Below, in pieces: positions 1 to 9,205 of a stretch of DNA of 64,000 bases. The position numbers and the translations under genes were made by a program. The DNA is from Acidobacteriota bacterium (GTDB taxonomy: Bacteria > Acidobacteriota > Thermoanaerobaculia > Thermoanaerobaculales > Sulfomarinibacteraceae): NCBI GenBank assembly GCA_024641545.1, contig JAHECW010000001.1, positions 558 through 64,557 on the forward strand, read 5' to 3'. The notes under the pieces were generated by a model. It made no database searches and was not told the DNA's origin. It was given only the letters and a program-made list of their open reading frames with translations. How positions within the stretch are numbered: position 1 is the stretch's first letter; the number at the start of each line of letters is the position of its first letter.

Positions 1-432
1 AAATCCGGAGACTGGGAGGGCCAGGTAGACGTAACCCATCTTCCATCCCAGGGCCGGCGTGGTCTGCGCCAGGGCCAGCGCCTCGCGCACCACGCTGGCG
101 CCGCCGAGCAGCAGCACCGCCCCGGCGAAGAAAAGCACCACCAGATGGGCGACCACCGCCGTCACCTTGCGCGCATCCGGATGGAGCTGGTCGACGAAGT
201 AGTCGACACCGAGGTGGGCCTTGGTGCGGAACGCGAGCGCGCCGCCGAGCAACGCCACCCACACGAGAAGAAACCGGGCCAACTCCTCGGTCCACTTGGT
301 CTGCTCTCCGAGAGCGTAGCGGCTGAACACCCCCCACACCACGTCGATTACCAGGAGCGCCATCGTGGCGATGATGAGCAGCTCCAAAACCCTGGTGAGG
401 CGGTCCTTGAGCACCCGTAGAGCAGTCTTCAT
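1..432 (-). CDS. dctQ: TRAP transporter small permease subunit (DctQ family), C-terminal end runs off the window
   Basis: Minus-strand frame is open from ATG (432-430) to position 1 with no stop. Translation MKTALRVLKDRLTRVLELLIIATMALLVIDVVWGVFSRYALGEQTKWTEELARFLLVWVALLGGALAFR... looks like a DctQ small membrane subunit. It starts 1 nt after the dctP stop. Confidence 0.7.
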   Translation of the reverse strand, partial: MKTALRVLKDRLTRVLELLIIATMALLVIDVVWGVFSRYALGEQTKWTEELARFLLVWVALLGGALAFRTKAHLGVDYFVDQLHPDARKVTAVVAHLVVLFFAGAVLLLGGASVVREALALAQTTPALGWKMGYVYLALPVSGF

Positions 433-433
433 C

Positions 434-1513
434 TCAGTCGGTCTCCCGGATCCGGGAAACCAGCGCCCGCACCGCGGGGTCCTCCACCTCCTCGAGCATG
501 GGCGCCACCTTGGCCACGAACGGGGCCGGATCCACCTCGTGGATCGTCACCCCCTCCGTCCGGGCGATCTCCAGCGATCGGAGAGTTTCCTCGCGCCAGA
601 GCCGGCGCTGGAACTCGGAGGAGTCGTCCGCCGCCTGCTGGACCCACTCACGGATCTGCGGCGAGAGCCGGTCCCAGGTCTTGGTTGCGATCAGGACGAT
701 GTCGGGGATGCGGGTGTGGCCGTCGAGGGTGAAGTGTTTGCAGACCTCGTAGTGCTTGTTCGAGGTGAAGCTCGGCGGGTTGTTCTCGGCGCCGTCCACC
801 GTGCCCTGGGCCAACGCCGAGTAGAGCTCGCCCCAGGCGATGGGTGTCGGCGCCCCGCCCATGGCCTTGACCATGGCGATGGCGGTGGCGCTGTTCATCA
901 CTCGGATCTTCAACCCCTTGAGATCATCCGGCGTCAAGATCGGCTTCGATCGGGTGTAGAAGTTCCGCGAGCCCGAGTCGTAATAACAGAGCCCGCGCAG
1001 CAGCTTGGGCTCGCCCTTGCTCAGCAGAGCGTCGCCGATGGGACCGTCGAGCACCCGCCAGTAGTGCTCGCTCCCGCGGAACAGGTACGGCAGGCCGAAG
1101 ACGGCCATCTCCGGCACGAAGTTCTCCATCACCGCCGCCGACACCTTGGTCATGTCGAGGGAACCGTTCTGCACCTGCTCGAGGCACTCGACCTCGCCCC
1201 CAAGCACCGCACTGGGATAGATGTCGATGGACACCGTGCCGCCGGACAGCGCCTTGAGCCGCTCCGCCATGCGCACCAGGGCGACATGCACCGGGTGTCC
1301 GGTGTCGAGGGCGTGACCGAGCTTGAGAACCATCTGTTTCCCCGCCACGTTCCCGGCGCCGGCCAGGACCGCGTTGCGCTCTGCGGTCTTCTGGGACCGC
1401 AGGAACAACCCGAAGCCGACGGTGGACAGGAGCACGCCGACCATCAGGCCGCTCACGAAAAACGACAGCGACCATCCGAGCCGCCCGGTCCGGGTATTTT
1501 CGAGTGTGTCCAT
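434..1513 (-). CDS. dctP: TRAP transporter substrate-binding protein (DctP family)
   Basis: 359 aa. DctP-like blocks: KLGHALDTGHPVH, LPYLFR, LKIRVMNS, GTVDGAENNPPSF. Has an N-terminal membrane anchor. Adjacent to dctQ. Confidence 0.85.
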   Translation of the reverse strand: MDTLENTRTGRLGWSLSFFVSGLMVGVLLSTVGFGLFLRSQKTAERNAVLAGAGNVAGKQMVLKLGHALDTGHPVHVALVRMAERLKALSGGTVSIDIYPSAVLGGEVECLEQVQNGSLDMTKVSAAVMENFVPEMAVFGLPYLFRGSEHYWRVLDGPIGDALLSKGEPKLLRGLCYYDSGSRNFYTRSKPILTPDDLKGLKIRVMNSATAIAMVKAMGGAPTPIAWGELYSALAQGTVDGAENNPPSFTSNKHYEVCKHFTLDGHTRIPDIVLIATKTWDRLSPQIREWVQQAADDSSEFQRRLWREETLRSLEIARTEGVTIHEVDPAPFVAKVAPMLEEVEDPAVRALVSRIRETD

Positions 1514-2580
1514 CAGCTTCCTTCAGGATGGGAATTCACTTCCCTCCACCAATGAATGGAGCGCGTCGAATCGCGGATGATGAGTACCGGATCGAGAAAG
1601 ACACCGACACGTGCCTCGTCCTCCCGACCGTCGATGGACGCGATCAGCTTCTTGGTCGCCAGTCGCGCCATTTCCCGCACCGGCCGCCGGATCGTTGTCA
1701 GCGACGGCCTGATTTTCGTCGCCAGCATGCTGTCGTCAAAACCCGCCACCGACAGGTCTCCCGGCACCTTCATGCCCATCTCCTGCGCGGTGTAGATCAC
1801 CCCCGCAGCCATCTCATCGTTGCTGGCGAAGATGGCCGTCGGCGGCTCGGGCCTCTCGAGCAGCGTCCGGGCACACGCGATTCCCGACTCGAAGGTATAC
1901 GCCCCGCGCGCGATCATGTCCTCGCAGGGCGCACATCCGTGTTTTGCCAACGCGTCGCAGAAGCCCTCGAGTCGCTCGCGGGTTGATTTTCTGCCTTCCG
2001 GCCCCGCGATGTAGCCGATCCGTCGGTGCCCGAGATTGACCAGGTACTCGGCCATCGCGGCCACCGCTGATCGTTCATTTGCAATCACGACGCGATCGGC
2101 GGTGTCGAGCGCGATTGCAGCCAGCCGAACGTAGCGGACCTGTGCCTTTCGAAAGGCGCCTGCCAGGTCGTTGTCCTCCGAGATCGGGGGCAGGACGATC
2201 ACACCGTCCAGCTTCGACCGATTGACAAACCCGATCGCCTCACTGGTCAGCGTGTCGCTCCGCCAATCACAGGGATGGACCACGAGCTCGTACCCGAGCC
2301 CGCGGCACACACTCAACACACCGCGCTGCACTTCGTCGATGTAGAGCCCATCCGGGTTGTCATAGATCAACCCGAGCAGATAGGAGCAGCCGGCCGCGAG
2401 ACCCCGGGCCTGCGCATTCGGCCGGTAGTTCAATTCGTCAATGACGCTCTGAATCTTCTCACGGGTCGCCTTGCCCACCTTGGGGGAGTTGTTGATGACC
2501 CGCGAAACGGTTCTCTTCGACACGCCCGACAATCGAGCGATGTCACTGATCGTCGTTGGCTGCCTGTTCGCGTTGCCCAT
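1513..2580 (-). CDS. LacI/GalR family transcriptional regulator
   Basis: N-terminal HTH TISDIARLSGVSKRTVSRVINNSPKVGKATREKIQSVIDELNYRPNAQARGLA, followed by a periplasmic-binding-fold C-terminus. I chose ATG 2580 (MGNANRQ...) over the ORF-track start at 2721. The stop overlaps the dctP start (TGATG, 1511-1515). Confidence 0.85.
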   Translation of the reverse strand: MGNANRQPTTISDIARLSGVSKRTVSRVINNSPKVGKATREKIQSVIDELNYRPNAQARGLAAGCSYLLGLIYDNPDGLYIDEVQRGVLSVCRGLGYELVVHPCDWRSDTLTSEAIGFVNRSKLDGVIVLPPISEDNDLAGAFRKAQVRYVRLAAIALDTADRVVIANERSAVAAMAEYLVNLGHRRIGYIAGPEGRKSTRERLEGFCDALAKHGCAPCEDMIARGAYTFESGIACARTLLERPEPPTAIFASNDEMAAGVIYTAQEMGMKVPGDLSVAGFDDSMLATKIRPSLTTIRRPVREMARLATKKLIASIDGREDEARVGVFLDPVLIIRDSTRSIHWWREVNSHPEGS

Positions 2581-2854
2581 TTCACCTTCTGCCTGCTGTC
2601 CGATCGGCTCTCCGGCATGCTCCGACGCGGGCACGACCGCCGCGCGGTGATTCCCCGTTCCCGCGCCGACCACACGCCGCCCGACCGACCGGTGAAGCCC
2701 CTTTCGACAGCATACAAACAACCCTGAATGGCGGGCCCGAGGCGATTATCACTCCACACCGGGCACGAACGAGGGCCGAGAGTCTATCTCAGACCAGGCG
2801 CTTTCGCCCGGAATCGACTCGTGGCGGCGCGTCGGCGAATAAGCCCGCGAAGCC

Positions 2855-2875
2855 CCAGCTGGCAAAGCCAGCTGG
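2855..2875 (-). terminator. Perfect 9-bp stem / 3-nt loop hairpin downstream of the TonB receptor gene
   Basis: CCAGCTGGC-AAA-GCCAGCTGG lies 26 nt past the stop at 2901. There is no clear U-run, so it is only terminator-like. Confidence 0.4.
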
Positions 2876-2900
2876 AGTTCGCGGTTTTCTGCGAAAGTCC

Positions 2901-5705
2901 TTAGAAGTTGTAGCGCGCTCCGAAGAAGTACTGCCGGCCGGTCTTGTTGTACTCGCGGACAAGGTCCATGGTTCCGTCGCCGGTCGTGTACAGCCGCTCG
3001 GCCTCATCCGAAAGGTTGATGCCTTCGAGGGTCAGCGAGAAGGCGTTGCTGATGTGATAGAAGGCGCTCAGGTCCCAGCGTACCGGGCCGGTCGTCGCCT
3101 CGGCGACGTTGTGGTTGCTCCCGGTGTTGTTGGTGATGTAGTCGTCCCGGTTGTTCACCGAGACTCGCGCACCCCACTTGGGCACTTCGTAGTACAACGT
3201 CGCATTCCAGGAGTGCGGCGACAACCCTTCCAACTGCACGGTAACGATCTCGCCACTCCGGTCCACCTGGGTTTCGGCGTCGACATACGAGTAGTTGCCG
3301 ACAAATCCGAAGTTCTTCAGGATTCCGGGCAGGCCTTTAAAGGCCTGGGAGTACACCAATTCGAAACCCTTGAGCTTTGTGCCATCGGTGTTGGCGGCTG
3401 TTCTGTAGGTCCACTCCAGGGTCGGATCCAGCAGCGCCGGCTGCTCCGGGTACAGCGCCGCCACGGCGGAATAGTCCTCCGGACGCAGGGGCTCGGTGGT
3501 TTCCGGCGATGAGATGAAGCTGTCGATGTCCTTGTAGAAGAAGTTCACTCCCAACACGGCGTTCTTGGCGAAGTACCACTCGAGACCGAGGTCGAGGTTG
3601 TCCGACACCATGGGATCGAGCTGGGAGTTGCCGCCGCTGACCGTGAAGTTGACGTCGGAATAGGTCTTGACCGGCGCCAGAGAAGAGAGCGAGGCGCGGG
3701 TCATCGTCTGGCTCACACTGGCGCGCAAGACGAGGTCTCGCGTGATGTCGTACGCGAAGTTGACCGATGGCAGGAAGTTGTCGTAGGAGTTCGACTCGGA
3801 CAGCGGGATGTCCTGGGTGAGCCAGGCGTCGGCGTTCGTCTTGGTGTTCACATACCGGAGACCGGCGTTCAGACGGAGGCTGTGGGTCCCCCCCACCAGG
3901 GCAAACAGGGTGTAGTCGGCATACGCACCCGTCGTCTTCTCGTTGACGACCCACGTCGTTCTGCCCGGACCGCGCTCGAGTTCGAAGGTCCCGTAACCGA
4001 ATTGGTCCTTCGCCTTGTCATAGTCGAGAACCAGGAAGTCGAGCTCCGTTCCGCTGCCGTAGCCGCCGGAATCCACGTAGTTGAACACATAGCTGACGGG
4101 ACCGAGGGCGCCTGTGGGGTCCAACAGCTGCCGCCAGTCCTCGCTGTCCACGTTGCGATCGTTGTAGATCGCACCGAACTTGAAGTAGTGTTTCCCGCCC
4201 TCGAGGTCCCAATCCAGATCGACCCGCAGGGTGTCGTTTTTTCGGTCGACGATGGGATGGAGATAATTCTCGTTGTCCTGGATGTAGTAGTTGTTCGGGT
4301 CGGTGACGTCGATGTCATAGTTGATGGCGGCGACATCCGCGTTCCCGGTGAAATCGTACGAGAAGGTCGAGCCTTCCAGGGTCTCGATGTTGACGCGGAA
4401 GTAGTCCTGCTCGAACTTGGACTGGGCCGTACCGATCACACCGCTGAGCTTCAGGGTGTCGCTGAGGTCCCAGTCGAAATCCACCGTGAACTGGTCGAAC
4501 GTCGTGTCGTCGACCGTCTGCCGGCTTTCCGTCCGCAGACCGACGTTGTTGAATGTGCCGGCGATGGCATAGAAACCGCTCCCGTCCTGGGCGACAGTGA
4601 CATCGGTCGGCGTGATGGTGTTGAAACCCCACGGCGAGCTGCGGCGGAACTGCGCGAATGAGTTGTAGCTGGCGGTTTTCGCCTTGAACTCGGAGTGCAC
4701 CCAGTTGACACCGAATTTGAAGTTGTCGGCAGGTTTGAACTCGAGAGCGGCACTCAGGCCGAGGCGCTCCTGGTCGTGACGGAAGCTGTCCTGCCGGGGC
4801 AGCCGCGGGTACCACAGCGAATTGAGCTCGGCGTCGCTGAGGTCGGTTTCGTTACCGGCAAAGTTCCGGTCGAGTGCGGGACTGTCCCATCGCACCGTGC
4901 CGAATCCATCCTGCCACGAGGTCCGCTCGGTGTACGCAGCGGAGAAGAGGAAGCCTACTGTTTCCGCCTTGTTGGTGGTGCTCACCGTCACCGTCGCACG
5001 CGGATCGACCGAGTCCGACAGATCGTTGTAGCCGCCCTGGAGGGTGGCCGCTCCGCGGAATCCGGGCTTGTCCAGCGGGCGCGCGGTGTACATCTCGACG
5101 GTTCCTGCAACGCCGCCTTCTTCGATGGACGCGACCGCCGACTTGTTGATGTCGATGCGATTGAACAGCTCGGCGGAAAAGACGTTGAAATCGAAAGACC
5201 GACCCCGGTTGACGCCGCCCGAGCTGTCGAGGCCGCCGTTCGACGACGGCACTTCCATCCCGTTGAGAGTGACCCGGGTGAACTCGGGGCCGAGACCGCG
5301 CAGCGACATCTGGCGACCTTCCCCGCCCTCACGGACGATGGCCACGCCGGGCACACGCTGAATCGCTTCCGCGAGGTTGAGGTCGGGCATTTTGGAAATG
5401 TCTTCGACCACGATGCTGTCGCGGACGTTGACGGCTTCCCGCTTCAGTTCGACGGCCTGCTGCAAGCTGTAGCGGAAACCGGTGACCTCGATTTCACCCG
5501 CGAAGGCCACGGGCTCTGCGCCTTCCGGGACTTCTTCGGCGGCCCCTTCGTAGGCAGCCCCTTCTTCCTGTACTTGAGGCTCTTCCGACGTGGGATCTTC
5601 GGCCTCCTGGGCCAGAGCAGGTTGAATGCCGGCCGTGGCGATGAGCAAACCGGCGATGCTCACGCACGTCAGAAACCGTGATGTTAAGGATCGAAGACCT
5701 TGCAT
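2901..5705 (-). CDS. TonB-dependent receptor (carbohydrate/uronate-type)
   Basis: Signal peptide MQGLRSLTSRFLTCVSIAGLLIATAGIQPALAQ. Plug motifs DSIVVEDISKMPDLNLAEAIQRVPGV and RGLGPEFTRVTLNG. Barrel terminus ...YFFGARYNF. GGGGGAG RBS before ATG 5705; the ORF-track start at 5795 was rejected. Confidence 0.85.
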   Translation of the reverse strand: MQGLRSLTSRFLTCVSIAGLLIATAGIQPALAQEAEDPTSEEPQVQEEGAAYEGAAEEVPEGAEPVAFAGEIEVTGFRYSLQQAVELKREAVNVRDSIVVEDISKMPDLNLAEAIQRVPGVAIVREGGEGRQMSLRGLGPEFTRVTLNGMEVPSSNGGLDSSGGVNRGRSFDFNVFSAELFNRIDINKSAVASIEEGGVAGTVEMYTARPLDKPGFRGAATLQGGYNDLSDSVDPRATVTVSTTNKAETVGFLFSAAYTERTSWQDGFGTVRWDSPALDRNFAGNETDLSDAELNSLWYPRLPRQDSFRHDQERLGLSAALEFKPADNFKFGVNWVHSEFKAKTASYNSFAQFRRSSPWGFNTITPTDVTVAQDGSGFYAIAGTFNNVGLRTESRQTVDDTTFDQFTVDFDWDLSDTLKLSGVIGTAQSKFEQDYFRVNIETLEGSTFSYDFTGNADVAAINYDIDVTDPNNYYIQDNENYLHPIVDRKNDTLRVDLDWDLEGGKHYFKFGAIYNDRNVDSEDWRQLLDPTGALGPVSYVFNYVDSGGYGSGTELDFLVLDYDKAKDQFGYGTFELERGPGRTTWVVNEKTTGAYADYTLFALVGGTHSLRLNAGLRYVNTKTNADAWLTQDIPLSESNSYDNFLPSVNFAYDITRDLVLRASVSQTMTRASLSSLAPVKTYSDVNFTVSGGNSQLDPMVSDNLDLGLEWYFAKNAVLGVNFFYKDIDSFISSPETTEPLRPEDYSAVAALYPEQPALLDPTLEWTYRTAANTDGTKLKGFELVYSQAFKGLPGILKNFGFVGNYSYVDAETQVDRSGEIVTVQLEGLSPHSWNATLYYEVPKWGARVSVNNRDDYITNNTGSNHNVAEATTGPVRWDLSAFYHISNAFSLTLEGINLSDEAERLYTTGDGTMDLVREYNKTGRQYFFGARYNF

Positions 5706-5861
5706 TGTTCTCCCCCTTTTCCTTGGTCCGATTAGATCATTCCCGGAGGCAGAACAGGTCGCATCAACCATGTTCAGCTCTCCGCGCGGCGCCAATTTCC
5801 AACGGATCTCACCATTTGGGGCCGATTATTGTCCAGGTCCAGCGAGAAAGCAAGCATTTTT

Positions 5862-5875
5862 TGCCATCGGTGGCA
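5862..5875. promoter_or_regulatory. Candidate LacI-family operator 1 (TGCCATCGGTGGCA)
   Basis: 14-bp palindrome with a central CG, flanked by T-runs, in the divergent TBDR/GH28 intergenic region. A near-identical copy lies at 6064-6077. Confidence 0.5.
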
Positions 5876-6063
5876 TTTTTTGATTCGTCGGCGCCGCAGT
5901 CCACGTGCCTGCCAGGCGGATAAGATCTAAGAAGTTGGATTTAAGTGAGTTCGATCGTACGGCAGCGCAGGATGGCAGGCTCGACGGTGACACGGACCGG
6001 CTCGGCATTCAAGCGAAAGGACCGGTTTGCCGACCCTCGAACCCCGCGGAAACCCGGAGATTT

Positions 6064-6077
6064 TGCCACCGGTGGCC
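6064..6077. promoter_or_regulatory. Candidate LacI-family operator 2 (TGCCACCGGTGGCC)
   Basis: Core GCCACCGGTGGC is a perfect 12-bp palindrome. It overlaps a possible -35 (TGGCCA, 6073-6078) placed 17 nt upstream of TACAAT (6096-6101). Confidence 0.5.
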
Positions 6078-6107
6078 AATCGCGCCAAACGTCGCTACAA
6101 TGGCGCC

Positions 6108-7592
6108 ATGAAATCCAATCGCCGCACCGACCGCCGGGTCTGGACCAGCGTGATCTTATTGCTGCTGCTGCTCTTCGGCGCCCGGTCCATCCAAGCCCAG
6201 GATCCCGCGCCCGGCCGGGTCGACTGGAGCTTGATCGAGACCATCGTGTCCCGCATCGAGACCCCACGTATACCCGCGCGGGTCTACCTCGTGGCCGACT
6301 TCGGCGCTGCGGGTGACGGCGCGGCGGATGCGCGCCCCGCCATCATGGCGGCCATCGCCAGGGCGGCGGCCGAAGGAGGCGGGCGCGTGGTGCTGTCCCC
6401 GGGCGTCTGGCGCAGTTCCGGGCCGATCCACCTGGAGAGCCGCATCGAGCTCCACCTCGAGCGTGGAGCCCACCTGTTGTTCTCGCCCGACCCGGACGAC
6501 TACCTGCCGGTGGTGGAGACCCGCTGGGAGGGCACCCGGGTGCTGAGCTACTCGCCGCTGATCTACGCCCGGGACGTCGAGGACGTGGCGGTCACCGGCC
6601 CCGGAACCATCGACGGCAATGCCGCGAGCGGTTTTCACGGCTGGCACAGCCAGGCGGAGCCTGACATGCTGCGCCTGCGCCGCATGGGCTTCACCGGGGT
6701 GCCGTTGGAAGAACGGGTGTTCGGAGCCGGCACCCACCTGCGGCCGCCGCTCGTGCAGTTGGTGCGTGCCCGCCGGGTGAGGCTTGAGGGCTACACAGCG
6801 GTCAACTCGCCATTCTGGGTCAACCACCTGGTCTACTGCGAGCACGCCACGGTTCGCGGGCTCAACGTGGAGAGCCACTTCCCGAACAACGACGGCGTCG
6901 ACGTGGACTCCAGCCGCTGGGTTCTGGTGGAGGGCTCGACCTTCCGCACCGGGGACGACTCGGTGGTGGTCAAGTCAGGCCGCGACCTCGATGGTCGCAC
7001 CGTGGCTCAGCCCAGCGAGTACGTGGTCGTGCGCGACAACGACATGGGCGGTGAGGACGGCATCGCCCTGGGCAGTGAGATGTCGGGAGACATCCGCTAC
7101 GTGTTCTTCAGCGACAACGTGCTCCGTTCGGGTGCCTCGGCCATCCGTTTCAAGGCCAACCTGGACCGCGGCGGCACGGTCGAGCACGTCGGCGTGCGGC
7201 GCTTCGAGGTGGGTTCCTTCGAACGTCTGTTCTGGTTTCAGCTCAACTACCCGGGCGAGCTCGGCGGCAACTTCGCTTCGACCTATCGCGACATCGTCTT
7301 CGAGGACTTCGAGGTCGGCGACGTGGGCACGCTGTTCGAGGCCCACGCGCCGGCGGTGGCTCCCCTTCAAAACGTGCTGGTGCGCAACGTCAATGCAGTC
7401 TCGGCCGAGCAGACAGTGGTGCTCGAGAACGTCGAGGGCCTGCGCTTCGAAAACGTGACGGTGGCGGGCCGCCCGGTGATGCCGCCCGCCGCCGCTGCCG
7501 AGCAACCCGATTCCGAGCCGCCGGAGCGCGAACAACCGGCGGACGTCAACCAGGCGACCCAGCGAAATCAAACCGGACCGAGAGAAAGGTAG
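6108..7592 (+). CDS. Glycoside hydrolase family 28 (exo-polygalacturonase-like), secreted
   Basis: Signal peptide MKSNRRTDRRVWTSVILLLLLLFGARSIQA. Motifs DFGAAGDGAADARPAI and the GH28 motifs NNDGVDVDS, GDDSVVVKS, IRFKAN. Start moved from 6027 to 6108. Confidence 0.8.
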   Translation: MKSNRRTDRRVWTSVILLLLLLFGARSIQAQDPAPGRVDWSLIETIVSRIETPRIPARVYLVADFGAAGDGAADARPAIMAAIARAAAEGGGRVVLSPGVWRSSGPIHLESRIELHLERGAHLLFSPDPDDYLPVVETRWEGTRVLSYSPLIYARDVEDVAVTGPGTIDGNAASGFHGWHSQAEPDMLRLRRMGFTGVPLEERVFGAGTHLRPPLVQLVRARRVRLEGYTAVNSPFWVNHLVYCEHATVRGLNVESHFPNNDGVDVDSSRWVLVEGSTFRTGDDSVVVKSGRDLDGRTVAQPSEYVVVRDNDMGGEDGIALGSEMSGDIRYVFFSDNVLRSGASAIRFKANLDRGGTVEHVGVRRFEVGSFERLFWFQLNYPGELGGNFASTYRDIVFEDFEVGDVGTLFEAHAPAVAPLQNVLVRNVNAVSAEQTVVLENVEGLRFENVTVAGRPVMPPAAAAEQPDSEPPEREQPADVNQATQRNQTGPRER

Positions 7593-7596
7593 ATCC

Positions 7597-8427
7597 ATGG
7601 ACGTTCGTTACACGGCCGACGCCGTCCGCTATGCCCGCATGACCACCGAGGAGCTCCGGGAGAGCTTCCTGGTCGACTCGCTCTTTGCCGAGAACGACAT
7701 CACCATGGTCTACAGTGATGTCGATCGTGCGATCGTGGGCTCGGCGGTCCCGGCAACCACGACCCTTTCGTTGGGCTCCGCGCCGGAGCTCCGCGCCGAC
7801 ACCTTCTGCGAACGCCGCGAGCTCGGCATTCTCAATATCGGCGGCGCCGGAACGGTCACGGTTGACGGCACCGCCTATCCCATGACCGCACGCGACGGTC
7901 TCTACGTCGGGCGCGGCAGCAAGTCCATCGTGTTTGCCAGCGACACCGCCCGCTCACCGGCGCGATACTATCTGCTGAGCTACCCGGCCCACGCGGTCTA
8001 CCCCACCGTCCATGTCAAGGCCTCCGAGGCCGAGCCCGTTCACCTCGGCAGCGCCGAGGGTTCGAACAAACGGACCATCTACAAGCTCATTCACGCCGAA
8101 GGCGCCAGGAGCTGTCAGCTGGTCATGGGTTTCACCGTGTTGGAACCGGGCTCGATGTGGAACACCATGCCGCCCCACACCCACGAACGGCGGATGGAAA
8201 TCTACATGTACTTCGACGTCCCCGAAAACGACCGCGTCTTCCACCTCATGGGACGTCCCGATGAAACCCGGCACATCGTGGTCGCAAACGGCGAGGCCGT
8301 GATCTCTCCGAGTTGGTCGATTCACAGCGGGGTGGGCACCAGCGCCTATACCTTCTGTTGGGGCATGGGCGGCGAAAATCAAGCGTTCGACGACATGGAC
8401 CACCTGACGATCGACGAATTGAGGTAA
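7597..8427 (+). CDS. kduI: 5-dehydro-4-deoxy-D-glucuronate isomerase
   Basis: 276 aa, colinear with E. coli KduI as I remember it: ERRELGILNIGG, WNTMPPHTHERRMEIYMYF, ISPSWSIHSGVGT, GENQAFDDMDH. Confidence 0.9.
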   Translation: MDVRYTADAVRYARMTTEELRESFLVDSLFAENDITMVYSDVDRAIVGSAVPATTTLSLGSAPELRADTFCERRELGILNIGGAGTVTVDGTAYPMTARDGLYVGRGSKSIVFASDTARSPARYYLLSYPAHAVYPTVHVKASEAEPVHLGSAEGSNKRTIYKLIHAEGARSCQLVMGFTVLEPGSMWNTMPPHTHERRMEIYMYFDVPENDRVFHLMGRPDETRHIVVANGEAVISPSWSIHSGVGTSAYTFCWGMGGENQAFDDMDHLTIDELR

Positions 8428-8430
8428 GTC

Positions 8431-9192
8431 ATGATTCTCGAACAGTTCAAGCTCGACGACAAGGTCGCGATCGTCACCGGAGGCGCCCAGGGTCTCGGCC
8501 AGGGGATCGCGGTGGGACTCGCCGAAGCCGGTGCCGACATCGCCGTCGTGGACATCCTCGACATGTCCGAAACCCGGAAGCGCGTCGAGTCCTTGGGGCG
8601 CCGGTGCGCGACCATTCCGGCAAACCTGATGGAGACTGGCTGCATCCCCACCATCATCGAGAGCACGGTCAAGGAGCTCGGCGGCATCGATATCCTCTTC
8701 AACAACGCCGGCATCATCCGCCGGGCGCCCATCACCGAGTTCACCGAGAAGGACTGGGACGACGTGATGAACATCAACATCCGCACCCTCTTCTTTCTCA
8801 GTCAGGCCGTCGGCAAGGTGATGATCGAGCAGGGACGCGGCGGCAAGATCGTCAATACCGCGTCCATGCTCAGTTTCCAGGGCGGCATCCTGGTACCTTC
8901 CTACACGGCCTCCAAGAGTGCGGTCATGGGCCTAACCCGATTGCTGGCCAACGAGCTCGGCGCCCACGGCATCAATGTCAACGCGATCGCTCCGGGTTAC
9001 ATGGCGACGGAGAACACCAAGGCCCTGCGCGAGGATCCGGCTCGCAACAAGGCGATTTTGGACCGTATCCCCGCCGGACGTTGGGGAACCCCGCAGGACC
9101 TGCAGGGGGCGGCCGTGTTTCTGGCTTCGGCCGCAGCGCAGTACATCCAGGGCTACACCATCGCCGTGGACGGCGGTTGGTTGGCGCGGTGA
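8431..9192 (+). CDS. kduD: 2-dehydro-3-deoxy-D-gluconate 5-dehydrogenase (SDR)
   Basis: 253 aa SDR with TGGAQGLG, NNAG and YTASK. Lies 3 nt after kduI, the classic kduI-kduD pairing. Confidence 0.85.
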   Translation: MILEQFKLDDKVAIVTGGAQGLGQGIAVGLAEAGADIAVVDILDMSETRKRVESLGRRCATIPANLMETGCIPTIIESTVKELGGIDILFNNAGIIRRAPITEFTEKDWDDVMNINIRTLFFLSQAVGKVMIEQGRGGKIVNTASMLSFQGGILVPSYTASKSAVMGLTRLLANELGAHGINVNAIAPGYMATENTKALREDPARNKAILDRIPAGRWGTPQDLQGAAVFLASAAAQYIQGYTIAVDGGWLAR

Positions 9193-9205
9193 AGGGATCC
9201 ATTCC

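Noticed and set aside
6027-6107. Upstream-extended starts offered by the ORF track for several secreted proteins (6027, 8975, 19925, 38670(+), 54217, 2721(-), 5795(-), 17982(-), 38763(-), 35910(-)).
   Set aside because: In each case an internal start is immediately followed by a signal peptide, lipobox or HTH. It is usually preceded by an SD-like sequence, or at 6108 by the putative leaderless promoter. The extensions overlap the upstream gene or are compositionally non-protein-like.
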